From a virus: DNA of 64,000 nucleotides. The DNA lies in the IMG/VR virus record IMGVR_UViG_3300036820_000014, positions 14,259 to 78,258 of that record; one strand, given 5' to 3'. Below the pieces are notes generated by a model, which saw nothing but the letters and a program-made list of their open reading frames with translations, ran no database searches and was not told where the DNA came from. Below are positions 55,450 to 64,000 of this stretch, one piece after another; position 1 is the first letter of the stretch; the number at the start of each line of letters is the position of its first letter. Both the position numbers and the translations under genes were made by a program.

Positions 55450-56985
55450 CTACTTCCACGCGGGGACATAGACGGTCGATCCGTCTGACGACATCATCTT
55501 GAACCAAGTGTACGGAGCCGTGTTCGTGACTGCTGGGGAGTTCGCACCAAGGGCCGCTACGCCGGCGCCTGTCGTGCTGTTCGACACCTGGATCTGGTGG
55601 AGCGTGGTCCCGAGCGCGATCACGTCTTGGGTGGCCGAGGTTGCAGACGTTCCGGTGTGGTCGACACCAATAGCGACAACACCCGAAGCACCGAACGTGC
55701 AGCCATTGCCCAAGACCGTCGTGTAGTTGTACTGGGTATTCCCGGCGTTCGAGGAGCCGGTGTTGTTGCCGACGAGTGTTTGCCCGAGCCCGGTGGAAGT
55801 CGCGTTCGTGCCCGTGATGGCTCCGGCGTTGAAGCCGATGAAGACACCGACGGCCGAGGTGAGCCCCGAGCCCGCCTGGCAGCCGATGACTACGGTCCCT
55901 GTGCCATTACCGCTGCTCGATGCGCTGCCGATGCACACGGTCGTGGTACCGGCGCTGTTCGAACCTTCACCGATGATTACGTTGCCGCTGCCCGTGACCG
56001 TGGTCGAACCACCAACGACCGTTTGGGATGCACCGGTGGCCGTGGTCGCGTTACCGATTACGACGGATGTGGCGCCGGTCGATGAAGCGCTCTTGCCGAT
56101 GACGATGCAGGCGTTAGCTGACGTGGTCGCGTTGTAGCCGATGACGACGGTGTTCTGTGCCGTGCCGGTGGACGTTGCTCCCGAGCCAACGATGACCGCC
56201 TGGGAGCCAGCGGCCTGGGCGGTGTCACCGACGCAGACAATGTCGTTAAGGGCAGAAGCGGAAACGACGTTCTGGCCGGTGTTGTAACCGAAGAGTGTTT
56301 GGCGCGTCCCAGTGGTCGTGGCATTCGTTGGTGTCGCCGTGTAACCAGCCTCATATCCGACCATCGTGTTGACACCACTTGTGCACGAACGCCCGGTGTT
56401 AGCTCCAATGGCAACCGTGCCCGCACCGGTGAGACCGTTATTCCCCGCGACAACTCCTACAACAACTTGGTTAGACCCATTAGTAGCTGCATTCGCTCCA
56501 ATGGCAATCGAGCTTGACCCCAGGCTCTGTGAAGCTGACCCAATGGCGATAGCGCTGTAAGCCCCAGCATTCGAGTTTGGACCAATCGCAACGGTAGTCG
56601 CCGCACTGGCATGTGCGGTCCACCCAATGCAAACAGTTTGCCCACTGGTTGTCGTCGCGTTTACGCCGATACAAACAGACTGACTTGGGGTAGCGCTGGT
56701 ATAGCCATTCGTCGCGAACTGTCCACTCTGCCAGCCAATGAAGACGTTACTGTCCCCGGTCGTTATCGACTGTCCAGCTTGATACCCGATAAGCGTGTTC
56801 TGCTGTCCAGAGGTACCGGCTCCGGCTATCGCTTGTGTTGGGGAGAGGCTTTGTCCAGCTTGATACCCGATAAGCGTGCTGCCACTTTCAATACCGGGTA
56901 TGACAGCGGTCCCCGCGCCGTAATCGTAACTCTCATTCGAGAGCCCGCGTTGCCCGCGCCGAGCGTCGATGGTCCCAGCGGGCAT
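55450..56985 (-). CDS. YadA/Hep_Hag-like beta-roll fibre/adhesin protein
   Basis: Many S.AIG / NT.IGYQAG repeats; C-terminal YVPAWK. Confidence 0.75.
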   Translation of the reverse strand: MPAGTIDARRGQRGLSNESYDYGAGTAVIPGIESGSTLIGYQAGQSLSPTQAIAGAGTSGQQNTLIGYQAGQSITTGDSNVFIGWQSGQFATNGYTSATPSQSVCIGVNATTTSGQTVCIGWTAHASAATTVAIGPNSNAGAYSAIAIGSASQSLGSSSIAIGANAATNGSNQVVVGVVAGNNGLTGAGTVAIGANTGRSCTSGVNTMVGYEAGYTATPTNATTTGTRQTLFGYNTGQNVVSASALNDIVCVGDTAQAAGSQAVIVGSGATSTGTAQNTVVIGYNATTSANACIVIGKSASSTGATSVVIGNATTATGASQTVVGGSTTVTGSGNVIIGEGSNSAGTTTVCIGSASSSGNGTGTVVIGCQAGSGLTSAVGVFIGFNAGAITGTNATSTGLGQTLVGNNTGSSNAGNTQYNYTTVLGNGCTFGASGVVAIGVDHTGTSATSATQDVIALGTTLHQIQVSNSTTGAGVAALGANSPAVTNTAPYTWFKMMSSDGSTVYVPAWK

Positions 56986-57389
56986 CAGTAGCTACCGCCC
57001 AAGGCAATCGCCTTAAGGATAGAAGCGTTCCCAGCAACCGTTTGTGACGCGTAAAGGAACCACCCATTGGGAAGAAACAGGTTGTTGTAAGACCTCGACA
57101 GCCGGAACCCTGCCGCCGTTGCTGAGCCGGTGACGGCAGTGATAGGAAACTCGTCAAACAGGTGGTACGTGGTGCCGTCGTAGAGGAACCATACGACAAG
57201 ACCCCCCGCCGTCGTGTTGATTAGCGTGGTGACGGCGGCCTGGACAACCAGCTCCTCGATCTTGGCACCGCCGGAACCCGGTGTCACGACGAGCGACGCG
57301 TGCACGGGGACCTGGAGATTCGTCTCCGCTGTACCGAGCAACGCAGAGCCGATAAGTGGAGTGGATGCGTAGTTCGGTGAGGTTGCCAT
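56985..57389 (-). CDS. structural protein
   Basis: MATSPNYASTP...L.LP.GW.L...GGSY. Confidence 0.65.
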   Translation of the reverse strand: MATSPNYASTPLIGSALLGTAETNLQVPVHASLVVTPGSGGAKIEELVVQAAVTTLINTTAGGLVVWFLYDGTTYHLFDEFPITAVTGSATAAGFRLSRSYNNLFLPNGWFLYASQTVAGNASILKAIALGGSY

Positions 57390-57772
57390 CAGCGTGCTCC
57401 AAGGTCGAAGGCGGCGATGCCAGCCTGCACCTGGTTGCCGGTGAGCTGGTCAGGGCCAAGCGGAAAATCGATAGCTGTGGGACCGTGCACCCAATAGGCG
57501 GCAGACACGGTGTGACCAGTCGTGCCTTCCTGTGCGCGCGTCACCGTTGCGCTGGTCCCACCAGAGGTGAAGGCCGTGACGTAGATGATCTCTTCGTTGG
57601 CAGTGTCCGGGTTGACGATGATGACCGCATAGTTCGGTGCGGCGATGGTTGGAAAAGCTGGGGCGGAGGCGAAGCTGGCCGTCGCCGTGGAAGTGGATGA
57701 GAGCGTGATGCCGTTCGTCGGAGCCGCCGCGGTGCCGAACGCGCTGATGTTGTCGAACCGCTGACGGGTCAG
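57389..57772 (-). CDS. structural protein without ATG/GTG/TTG start (CTG start or frameshift)
   Basis: Open frame TRQRFDN...FPTI..PNY...EEIIYVTA...TVTRAQEGT...WVHGPTA fills the gap exactly. Confidence 0.75.
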   Translation of the reverse strand: MTRQRFDNISAFGTAAAPTNGITLSSTSTATASFASAPAFPTIAAPNYAVIIVNPDTANEEIIYVTAFTSGGTSATVTRAQEGTTGHTVSAAYWVHGPTAIDFPLGPDQLTGNQVQAGIAAFDLGAR

Positions 57773-58863
57773 AGTGAGACACTTTCTGTGACGGTTAATT
57801 GGTCGGATACCGCCGACACTGTGGCCGTCGCATTGAGCAGCGTTTCGAAAAGCATCGCCGACGCTGTGTTCGCGACCACTCGAGAGATGAAGACGCCGAT
57901 CATGGCGACGGTCACCGGCAGCGAGTCCGAGCCGTTAGCCGTGTATACGGGTGTCAGCGTGTAACTCGCCGCGCTGGCGGTGTGGGCGTAGACCGCGATC
58001 TTGCGGATGAGTCCACCACCTGCGCTGGTGATCTCGCCCGCGAGGGACGTATCACCTGATGCCGGAGGTCCCGTGTTCGCTGTGAGCCCGACGAAGGGCG
58101 CTGGCGCGGTCCCGGCCGTGATGACATAGGACGAGCCGCCAGCAGGCGTGGAAGCTACCGAGCCGGGAGCTCCCGGCTGGGACCAGCCGTCGATCGTCAG
58201 AACGGTCGATGTGTTCGACTCGACATTGGCTATGGCATTGCCGCAGATCACCTGCATTCCGAGCCACTGGTTCGAGGTCCACGACGCACCGGTGTCGGTC
58301 ATCGACGTGGTTCCCGGTGCCGACCCGCCTGAGCTGGCCGTGCCAGTCGCGCCTACGCCGTTACCGCCCATCTGGCGGGACTGGATATCGTTCCCCGAGT
58401 TGACCTTGAGAGCCTGCAGGTCGGTTGCCGCTCCGGGCGTCACACCAGGAGGCCCAGCCTCGGTGTAGTAGTGGTCCTCGAGGCCTTCTAAGTCGGTGGC
58501 TACCGAGATCCCGAGGATGTCTCCGACGACCTCGGCGAGATCAGGGTTGTCCGACCACACCCAGCCGGGCGCTTCGGATGAGTGGTGACGCCAGAAACCG
58601 CCTGGGTGGACGAACGGGAGGATCGCCTCGTGACCGGGTAGCTGGGTGATGCCATCAGCCGAGCGGGTCAGGTGTAGGGCCACTGCTGAGGCCAGGCCCG
58701 AAGCGCCAGGCTCAAGAGGGGGGTCGGTCGTGAAGGTGTACTCGTCGGGAACCTGGACGCGGGTGACCGCGGGCCCGGGGATCGGGTTGTGGCCCACGCA
58801 CTCGTGGGAGTCCTTGTCGAAGACGCACTCGTGCGGAGCCGAGTTGCCGATGAGTACCTGCAC
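57769..58863 (-). CDS. structural protein
   Basis: GLTAN...GDTSLAGEI...GL.RK.A.YAH; S/T-rich insert. Confidence 0.7.
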   Translation of the reverse strand: MQVLIGNSAPHECVFDKDSHECVGHNPIPGPAVTRVQVPDEYTFTTDPPLEPGASGLASAVALHLTRSADGITQLPGHEAILPFVHPGGFWRHHSSEAPGWVWSDNPDLAEVVGDILGISVATDLEGLEDHYYTEAGPPGVTPGAATDLQALKVNSGNDIQSRQMGGNGVGATGTASSGGSAPGTTSMTDTGASWTSNQWLGMQVICGNAIANVESNTSTVLTIDGWSQPGAPGSVASTPAGGSSYVITAGTAPAPFVGLTANTGPPASGDTSLAGEITSAGGGLIRKIAVYAHTASAASYTLTPVYTANGSDSLPVTVAMIGVFISRVVANTASAMLFETLLNATATVSAVSDQLTVTESVSL

Positions 58864-58885
58864 GCTTGTCTCCCTTGACCTCGAA

Positions 58886-59242
58886 CTACCAGTCGGTGAC
58901 CGGCGTCAGCCTAACCACGAGCCCTGGGCCGCCGTCTCTCGGTGCCGTCCCTTCCTTGGCGAGGTCGAACACGATGCCGCAATCGGCACAGCGAAGCCGG
59001 ATGCGGGCCTTCCACCCGACCACCCTCTCGGTGCCGTCCTCGTTCTTGGTCGTCTCGGCTCCGGCAGTGACCTGCTCGGTGAAGTGCATGTGGTCACACA
59101 GTGGAGCTTCCTCGACGAGCTGGAACGGCTTATCAGCCACCTGCATCTCGGCGGTCATGAGCTGACCCGCGAATCCCTCGGGGAGGCCCATGTCCTTTCG
59201 GATCTGCTCGAGTTCGGCGGGGTCACTTAGCTGTTCGGCCAT
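58886..59242 (-). CDS. hypothetical protein
   Basis: CDH...IRLRCADCG..F. Confidence 0.6.
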   Translation of the reverse strand: MAEQLSDPAELEQIRKDMGLPEGFAGQLMTAEMQVADKPFQLVEEAPLCDHMHFTEQVTAGAETTKNEDGTERVVGWKARIRLRCADCGIVFDLAKEGTAPRDGGPGLVVRLTPVTDW

Positions 59243-61254
59243 CAGGCGGACCAGGGCACCGAGTCGAGGGCCTCGAGTGCGTTCGCCCGCTGACGGTCAT
59301 CGAGGTCGTTCCACAGCACGCTCACGAGCCGTTCGAGCTGACCGATGCGGTCCTCGGGTGAGGCCCGGTGCACGCGGCCGGCTGCGACCAGCGCCACGAT
59401 TTCCCCGTCTCGATCGAGGCCAGCCCTGACGGCGTGGAGGTCGACGATCTCTGCGAGGTTCGCCGAAGCGACAAGCGACTCGCGAGCGACCGGAAACCCG
59501 CCGACCGGTACGGCCAAGAGGGCGATCATGTGGAGCTGACCGGCGATCTTGCGCCAGTCTGGCGAGATTTCCTGGGTCCGGAAGTGACGGACCTGCTCGG
59601 CGGTCGGTCCCTCGGGGAAATCATTGGACTGGAACGGCTTGAGCGCTCCGGCCATCCATACCCCGAAGTCGTCCTCGCCGGCCCGGACGTCAGCGATCTG
59701 GACCGCTCCGTAGCCGCCGTCGTAGTGGGCCTTGGCGGCTGCCGCACCGATCGGTCGTGAGGTGTCGGCGTGGCCGCAACCCATGGTGATCTGTCCGACA
59801 GCCACGGTCCCGGTTGCGGTCTCGCGCTCGCCGGTCATGTAGTGGGCATACGTGGCGCCTCGAGGTGGCGTCACGGGCTTTCCTCGTTTGTCCACGAGGC
59901 CGGCCGTGTGCAGCTGGCCCCAGTAGCAAGCGTGCCCGAAGACCCGACCGTCGGCGGTGACGGTGAGGGGGCAGGCGTACTTGCCGTCTGGCTGGCGGAT
60001 AAGTCGAGGATCGCCCACGTGGAACCCGGGATCCTCGAACCATTCGGATGGAGGCAAGGTCGAAGGTGAGCCATCCGCCGCGACCACGATGATCGACGGC
60101 TGGGCCCGCTCGAGCGCAAGCGGAGCCATCGGGAGCGGCATGTCGGCCATGGCGATCACGGCCTGCTGCAGCGCCGGGCGGCTCACGATGGTGGCCGCAC
60201 CGATGGTGATCGAGGAGAAGCGGTACCACTGCTGGACGATGTCGTCGCAACCGTCGTCACAGTCGTACATCGGTCCGGATACCTGCTGGGATCCGACTTG
60301 CACCGAGACCACCTCGACGTCGACATCTCGGCCATCGATCGACACGAAGCGCTGGGCTTGAAGCTCGGCATTCATCTGCGCTAGCTGACCGTGGTGATCT
60401 GGGGTGAAGGTGCCCGTCGCGTAGATGTAGTTGAGGCCCTCGATCGGCGTGCGGTCCATGGTCTCGATCGGCCCGACGGTTACGGCGCCGAAGTGACCAC
60501 CCTCGTCGTGGATCTGGAACCGCATAGGCACGGGGAGATCCGGAACCACGACCGAATCTGGGAGCAATTCCCTCGGCATCTCCTCATCGGTCATGACGCC
60601 TTCGACGCAGAGATATGCGTGCCAGGATCCACCCGGATTCGAGACGAGGTTGACCTGTTCGCCGTCAGCGGTGAGAGCCGAAAGGTCCAGGGCTTCGACC
60701 TCGTACCAGTCCTCGCGGAAGCCGTTCTCGGGAGAGGGCTCGACCTTCTCGCCCCATCGGATCGGCAGACGGAGCTTTGAGCCGTCGGCGAGGATGACCT
60801 CGGGCCAGTCCTGAGCTTCACCTAGCGCAGCGAATGCCTGGAGCCGCTCGGTCTGCTGGCGGATCTGGGCCTCGTGGTCGGTGCTCCTGGTCAGAAGAGT
60901 CAGTGCCTCATCAACCGACATGCCAGATGCCGTGGCGAAGGACTCGGCCAACGCGGTCTGCTCGGCCGTCGCCGAAGCACTTGAGTGGTGATCGTGGCTG
61001 CCGTCGTTCGAATGCGTGTGCTCGTGGGAATGATTGTCGTCATCGCCCTGGGATCCCATCGCGGCGTGGTCGTGGGAGTGGGTCGTCGACACCGAGCCAT
61101 GCCCGGAGAGGTCCTCGTCTGGTGTATCACTCGACTCGCCAAGGTCACTGGCGTCTTCGTCAGCGACTTCCGGTGGCTCGTCAGGACCTTCGGCGATGAG
61201 GGCGATGATCTCGCCATCCCCATCGAACGTGACCCAGCGGTTCGCTCGTCTCAT
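59242..61254 (-). CDS. prohead maturation protease-like protein
   Basis: HDEGGHFGAVTVG, VSIDG, GATIV..PA, GRVFGH, ISPDWR; position between MuF and MCP. Confidence 0.7.
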   Translation of the reverse strand: MRRANRWVTFDGDGEIIALIAEGPDEPPEVADEDASDLGESSDTPDEDLSGHGSVSTTHSHDHAAMGSQGDDDNHSHEHTHSNDGSHDHHSSASATAEQTALAESFATASGMSVDEALTLLTRSTDHEAQIRQQTERLQAFAALGEAQDWPEVILADGSKLRLPIRWGEKVEPSPENGFREDWYEVEALDLSALTADGEQVNLVSNPGGSWHAYLCVEGVMTDEEMPRELLPDSVVVPDLPVPMRFQIHDEGGHFGAVTVGPIETMDRTPIEGLNYIYATGTFTPDHHGQLAQMNAELQAQRFVSIDGRDVDVEVVSVQVGSQQVSGPMYDCDDGCDDIVQQWYRFSSITIGAATIVSRPALQQAVIAMADMPLPMAPLALERAQPSIIVVAADGSPSTLPPSEWFEDPGFHVGDPRLIRQPDGKYACPLTVTADGRVFGHACYWGQLHTAGLVDKRGKPVTPPRGATYAHYMTGERETATGTVAVGQITMGCGHADTSRPIGAAAAKAHYDGGYGAVQIADVRAGEDDFGVWMAGALKPFQSNDFPEGPTAEQVRHFRTQEISPDWRKIAGQLHMIALLAVPVGGFPVARESLVASANLAEIVDLHAVRAGLDRDGEIVALVAAGRVHRASPEDRIGQLERLVSVLWNDLDDRQRANALEALDSVPWSA

Positions 61255-61333
61255 TGATCCCTCACCCTCACACGGCTGCAAGCTCGTATCCGGCGAGAGT
61301 CTGTCACGCGCTTGGATGCGAACGAAGGAACCC

Positions 61334-62107
61334 TCACTCGTCAGGAACATCGACGCCGTCGGTTTCCACGTGGCAGCGGCAGTTGATCGTGTTGCCGTCC
61401 GAGCCCTCTGGGTCCTGAGGGAACATCAGACTTTCGCCGTTCACGACGAAGGACTCGTTCAGGCCAACCGGGTCCACATCGGTGGCGTGGTGACCGTCGC
61501 GGACCTTGTCATCACCGAAGTCCGCCCAGTTGCGGGTCGCTCCGGGGAACGCTCCTTGAGTAGCGCCAGCGAACCCGAGTGCCGTGTACTCGGCCATCCC
61601 GGCCGCGCCATTGGCCGACGATCCCACGACGTCGCCTTGGATGGTGGCGGCGGTGTTCCAGAAGTTCACCAGTGCTTTCACCTGAGCTGCGGGCGACGGT
61701 GCCGCCAGGAGGTCGCCGTTCAGCCGCTCGCCCATATACGCGCCCGAGGCGAGTGACCGGTCCACCAGCATTTGCTTGATCTGAGCCTCGGTCGAAGACG
61801 CCGGGAAGCCATATGTCGCGCCTTTCGGCATCGACTTTCTGGCCGCCGCGACGGCGCCGACCCCCACGGCGCCAGCCACGACGGCGATGTGTTTATGGAC
61901 GAGGTTCGTCCAATAGTCAACCGACCATACCGACGCCGCGACGCCGGCTGGCCTCGGACCTGCTGCAACGAGTGCGGTACCTCGGCTCACGTGAAGAGTC
62001 CGATTGACCTCACGTTGCATGTCGGCCATTGCCAGGTTCACGGCCCGGCGAAGCTGTAGCTCCCACTCGTCGACGAGCTCGGGGGGAACGAGACGCCGGC
62101 CTGCCAT
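61334..62107 (-). CDS. MuF/gp7-like minor head protein
   Basis: W...GDDKVR.GH...F.V.GE.L.FP.DP......INCRC. Confidence 0.85.
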   Translation of the reverse strand: MAGRRLVPPELVDEWELQLRRAVNLAMADMQREVNRTLHVSRGTALVAAGPRPAGVAASVWSVDYWTNLVHKHIAVVAGAVGVGAVAAARKSMPKGATYGFPASSTEAQIKQMLVDRSLASGAYMGERLNGDLLAAPSPAAQVKALVNFWNTAATIQGDVVGSSANGAAGMAEYTALGFAGATQGAFPGATRNWADFGDDKVRDGHHATDVDPVGLNESFVVNGESLMFPQDPEGSDGNTINCRCHVETDGVDVPDE

Positions 62108-62953
62108 CTAGGAAACCGGCTGGCCGTTGATCTTCAGGTTGAACGCCTGGAGCCCGAAGGTCTGCTGACCGTTCGTGTAGCAAAGCTCGGCGCCCTCACC
62201 GTCTTGCCAGAAGTGAGGGGCGCTGACGAGCCAGCCCTGCGACTGTGCGTATTGCAGGAAGGCGAGCACGTCCGTCTGATCGGACGTGTAATTCGTGACC
62301 GCCTTGAACGTGACGATGTCGCCGTTCGACTGTCCGAGACCGCCCGCCAGCCACACGCTGAAGGCCCGACCGTTGATCGTGGTGGTTCCCACATCGGTCC
62401 CGGCGGGGACCTGGTTGCAGGTGTAGTGCCAGATCATCAGCTCCGTGTGGGTGCTGGCGTCCGACCACTCGTTCGCGTCACCTATCCAGTCGTCCGAGGC
62501 GTACTCGTAGTCGTTGCCGCTACAAGACGGAGGCGTCCCGTAGATGCGGAAGTTGCTCGTCATCGAAGTGAACGAGGAGATGAGCGGAGCAGCGAGGGTG
62601 ACGTTGGTGTCCGGGTAGCTCTGGACCGCGCCGTTGTCGCCTGTCTGATTGGCGCTCGCAGTGACGTACCAGGAGTTCTTGTTGCAGGCGTAGAGAGTCT
62701 GGGAGATGTTGATGCCATCCCACACGTCTTGCGAGAGGACCGAGTGACCGTAGGGACCGGCGTGACCCTGTGGATCAGTGATCCCCTTCGCCGGCTGAGG
62801 GTTGGTACATGGGTGATAACCGGGTCCACCCGTGTCGGGACTTGCGTGCGCGAGGTCGGGTGGGAGCCCAGACACCGAACCGAAGATGGCGAGCCCGAGC
62901 GCCACGATAAGCGTGACCCACAGAAGGAATCGCAACCGGAAAACCACTGACAT
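62108..62953 (-). CDS. secreted/anchored GH12-like glycoside hydrolase
   Basis: Signal/TM; VQSYP, YEYASDDW, TELMIW, TINGRAFSVW, GAEL. Confidence 0.7.
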   Translation of the reverse strand: MSVVFRLRFLLWVTLIVALGLAIFGSVSGLPPDLAHASPDTGGPGYHPCTNPQPAKGITDPQGHAGPYGHSVLSQDVWDGINISQTLYACNKNSWYVTASANQTGDNGAVQSYPDTNVTLAAPLISSFTSMTSNFRIYGTPPSCSGNDYEYASDDWIGDANEWSDASTHTELMIWHYTCNQVPAGTDVGTTTINGRAFSVWLAGGLGQSNGDIVTFKAVTNYTSDQTDVLAFLQYAQSQGWLVSAPHFWQDGEGAELCYTNGQQTFGLQAFNLKINGQPVS

Positions 62954-63018
62954 GGATCGACCTCCCTGAAGTAGTCGAATCCCCGAAGGTTAGGAACGCC
63001 GGTGTCACTCTTTGGGGG

Positions 63019-63288
63019 ATGCTTGCTTACCCTGCTGGAGAACCGGACGTTTTAGACCTCGGCCTGCGTCACTTCGTCCTTGTCGACCAAGAGGGCGACA
63101 CTGTCCTCTGGTGGCACGATTGCCCCGCCGTAAAGCATGTGGCCTGGGGTTGGATCGGGCGCAATGGTTCTGTCGTCTCGGGCCACGTGGTCCGCTCGTG
63201 GTCGCCGCTAGACGTTCAGGGCTCGCTCGTCTGTGAACACTGCCGCGATCATGGATTCATCCGCGCGGGTCGGTGGGTGCCCGCGTGA
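63019..63288 (+). CDS. DUF6527-like protein
   Basis: PL.VQGSL.C..C.DHGFIR.GRW. Confidence 0.65.
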   Translation: MLAYPAGEPDVLDLGLRHFVLVDQEGDTVLWWHDCPAVKHVAWGWIGRNGSVVSGHVVRSWSPLDVQGSLVCEHCRDHGFIRAGRWVPA

Positions 63289-63472
63289 TCCCTTTGCACA
63301 TCGTCAAGCATCCGTTCCCTGAAAACAGGGAGCCCGGAATGATGTGGCGCTGATCACCGTGTCGCCGTCGATCGATGTCGAGTGCTGGATCCGACAGCCT
63401 GACGGCTCAAGCGTGCGTGATGGGTCCTACTGGCACGGCTTCATCCGAAACGGTCAGATCGACCCCGGCTAA
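63285..63472 (+). pseudogene. broken DUF6527-like paralog
   Basis: VIPLHIV...PGMMWR* then out-of-frame ITVSPSI...YWHGFIRNG. Confidence 0.55.
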
Positions 63473-63563
63473 TAGATCCATTAACCGCCTTGTCCAGTGA
63501 TGCGCTAGAAATCCTGACCAGGGAGAATGCTGGTTTCTCTACCTCAAGTGAGGGGACGAAATC

Positions 63564-63698
63564 AGCACGGCCCTGACCGGACACGACTGCGGAGCTTCCA
63601 TCGCCAGCGCCTCAGGAGGGTCCACGGATTTGCACCGGGATCACTGGTCTTTGCGTGCTTACCGCCTGAAGTGCTACCCGGTCAGGGTTGTCCGTGCT
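63564..63698 (-). ncRNA. putative structured RNA closed by a long bulged stem
   Basis: AGCACGG-CCCTGACCGG pairs with CCGGTCAGGG-(TTGT)-CCGTGCT; internal GGTGCAAATCC T-loop-like hairpin. Confidence 0.45.
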
Positions 63699-63727
63699 CC
63701 TGGCCCGCATTGGACACGAATGGGGAA

Positions 63728-63802
63728 GGCAGCGGCAGGGAATCGAACCCTGCGACCTCCGGACTTCTCCGGCGCTCGCGCACCTCATCGAGCTGCGCTG
63801 CC
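63728..63802 (-). ncRNA. tRNA-like element lacking an anticodon loop
   Basis: GGCAGCG/CGCTGCC acceptor stem, GCTCG/CGAGC D stem, CCGGA-GAAG-TCCGG, GCAGGG-TTCGATT-CCCTGC. Confidence 0.7.
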
Positions 63803-64000
63803 TCCAACCGCCAGCGTAGTAATGACAGCCGGTTTTTGCTAATGGAGGATGAGCGGGCTTATCTCGGGCTTTCAGCCCGCTCAACGGCTGAGCACCTAAC
63901 GAATCCAACGTGCTCCCCCACACCGCATCGCACAAGTCTCGAAGGTTTAACCCTATACGCGAGTCGACCCCGGCGGCGGACCGGGATCGTAAGGCCGACT

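Noticed and set aside
61334-62953. In-frame TAG readthrough fusing GH12 to MuF
   Set aside because: The stop directly followed by ATG is explained by ordinary translational coupling; a signal peptide is incompatible with an internal head protein.
63728-63802. Functional decoding tRNA
   Set aside because: The anticodon loop is only 4 nt; kept as a tRNA-like element.
1-64000. Integrase/att sites, terminase, portal
   Set aside because: None recognisable in the window, so lifestyle and genome ends cannot be determined.

Overview
A 64-kb segment of a high-GC tailed (siphovirus-type) phage or prophage, most likely infecting an actinobacterium. Almost all genes are on the minus strand. Reading from right to left: a structured non-coding region with an anticodon-less tRNA-like element (63.5-63.95 kb); a GH12-like glycosidase; head genes (MuF-like protein, prohead protease, decoration/fibre genes, major capsid protein); the tail tube; a collagen mini-protein/glycosyltransferase/methyltransferase cassette; head-tail joining genes; a ~6 kb non-structural island (UvrD-like helicase, HTH/RHH regulators); frameshifting tail chaperones, tape measure and tail-tip genes; lysis genes; then recombination/replication genes (Gam-like, SSAP, DnaQ-like, initiator with iterons, helicase loader, HerA-like ATPase), three DNA methyltransferases and many small accessory genes. 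No terminase, portal or integrase is visible in the window. Main observations: (1) one ~70-aa Ser/Thr-rich domain occurs in five different virion proteins, next to a probable protein-glycosylation cassette; (2) a C5 methyltransferase gene has two further genes (a beta-subunit-like ORF and an HNH nuclease) overprinted in its +1 frame; (3) there are five copies of a 17-bp operator overlapping promoters; (4) a tRNA mimic without an anticodon sits among other structured RNA elements; (5) one structural gene has no standard start codon; (6) the protease and capsid protein share an N-terminal leader. Functional calls come from motif recognition by eye, not database searches.
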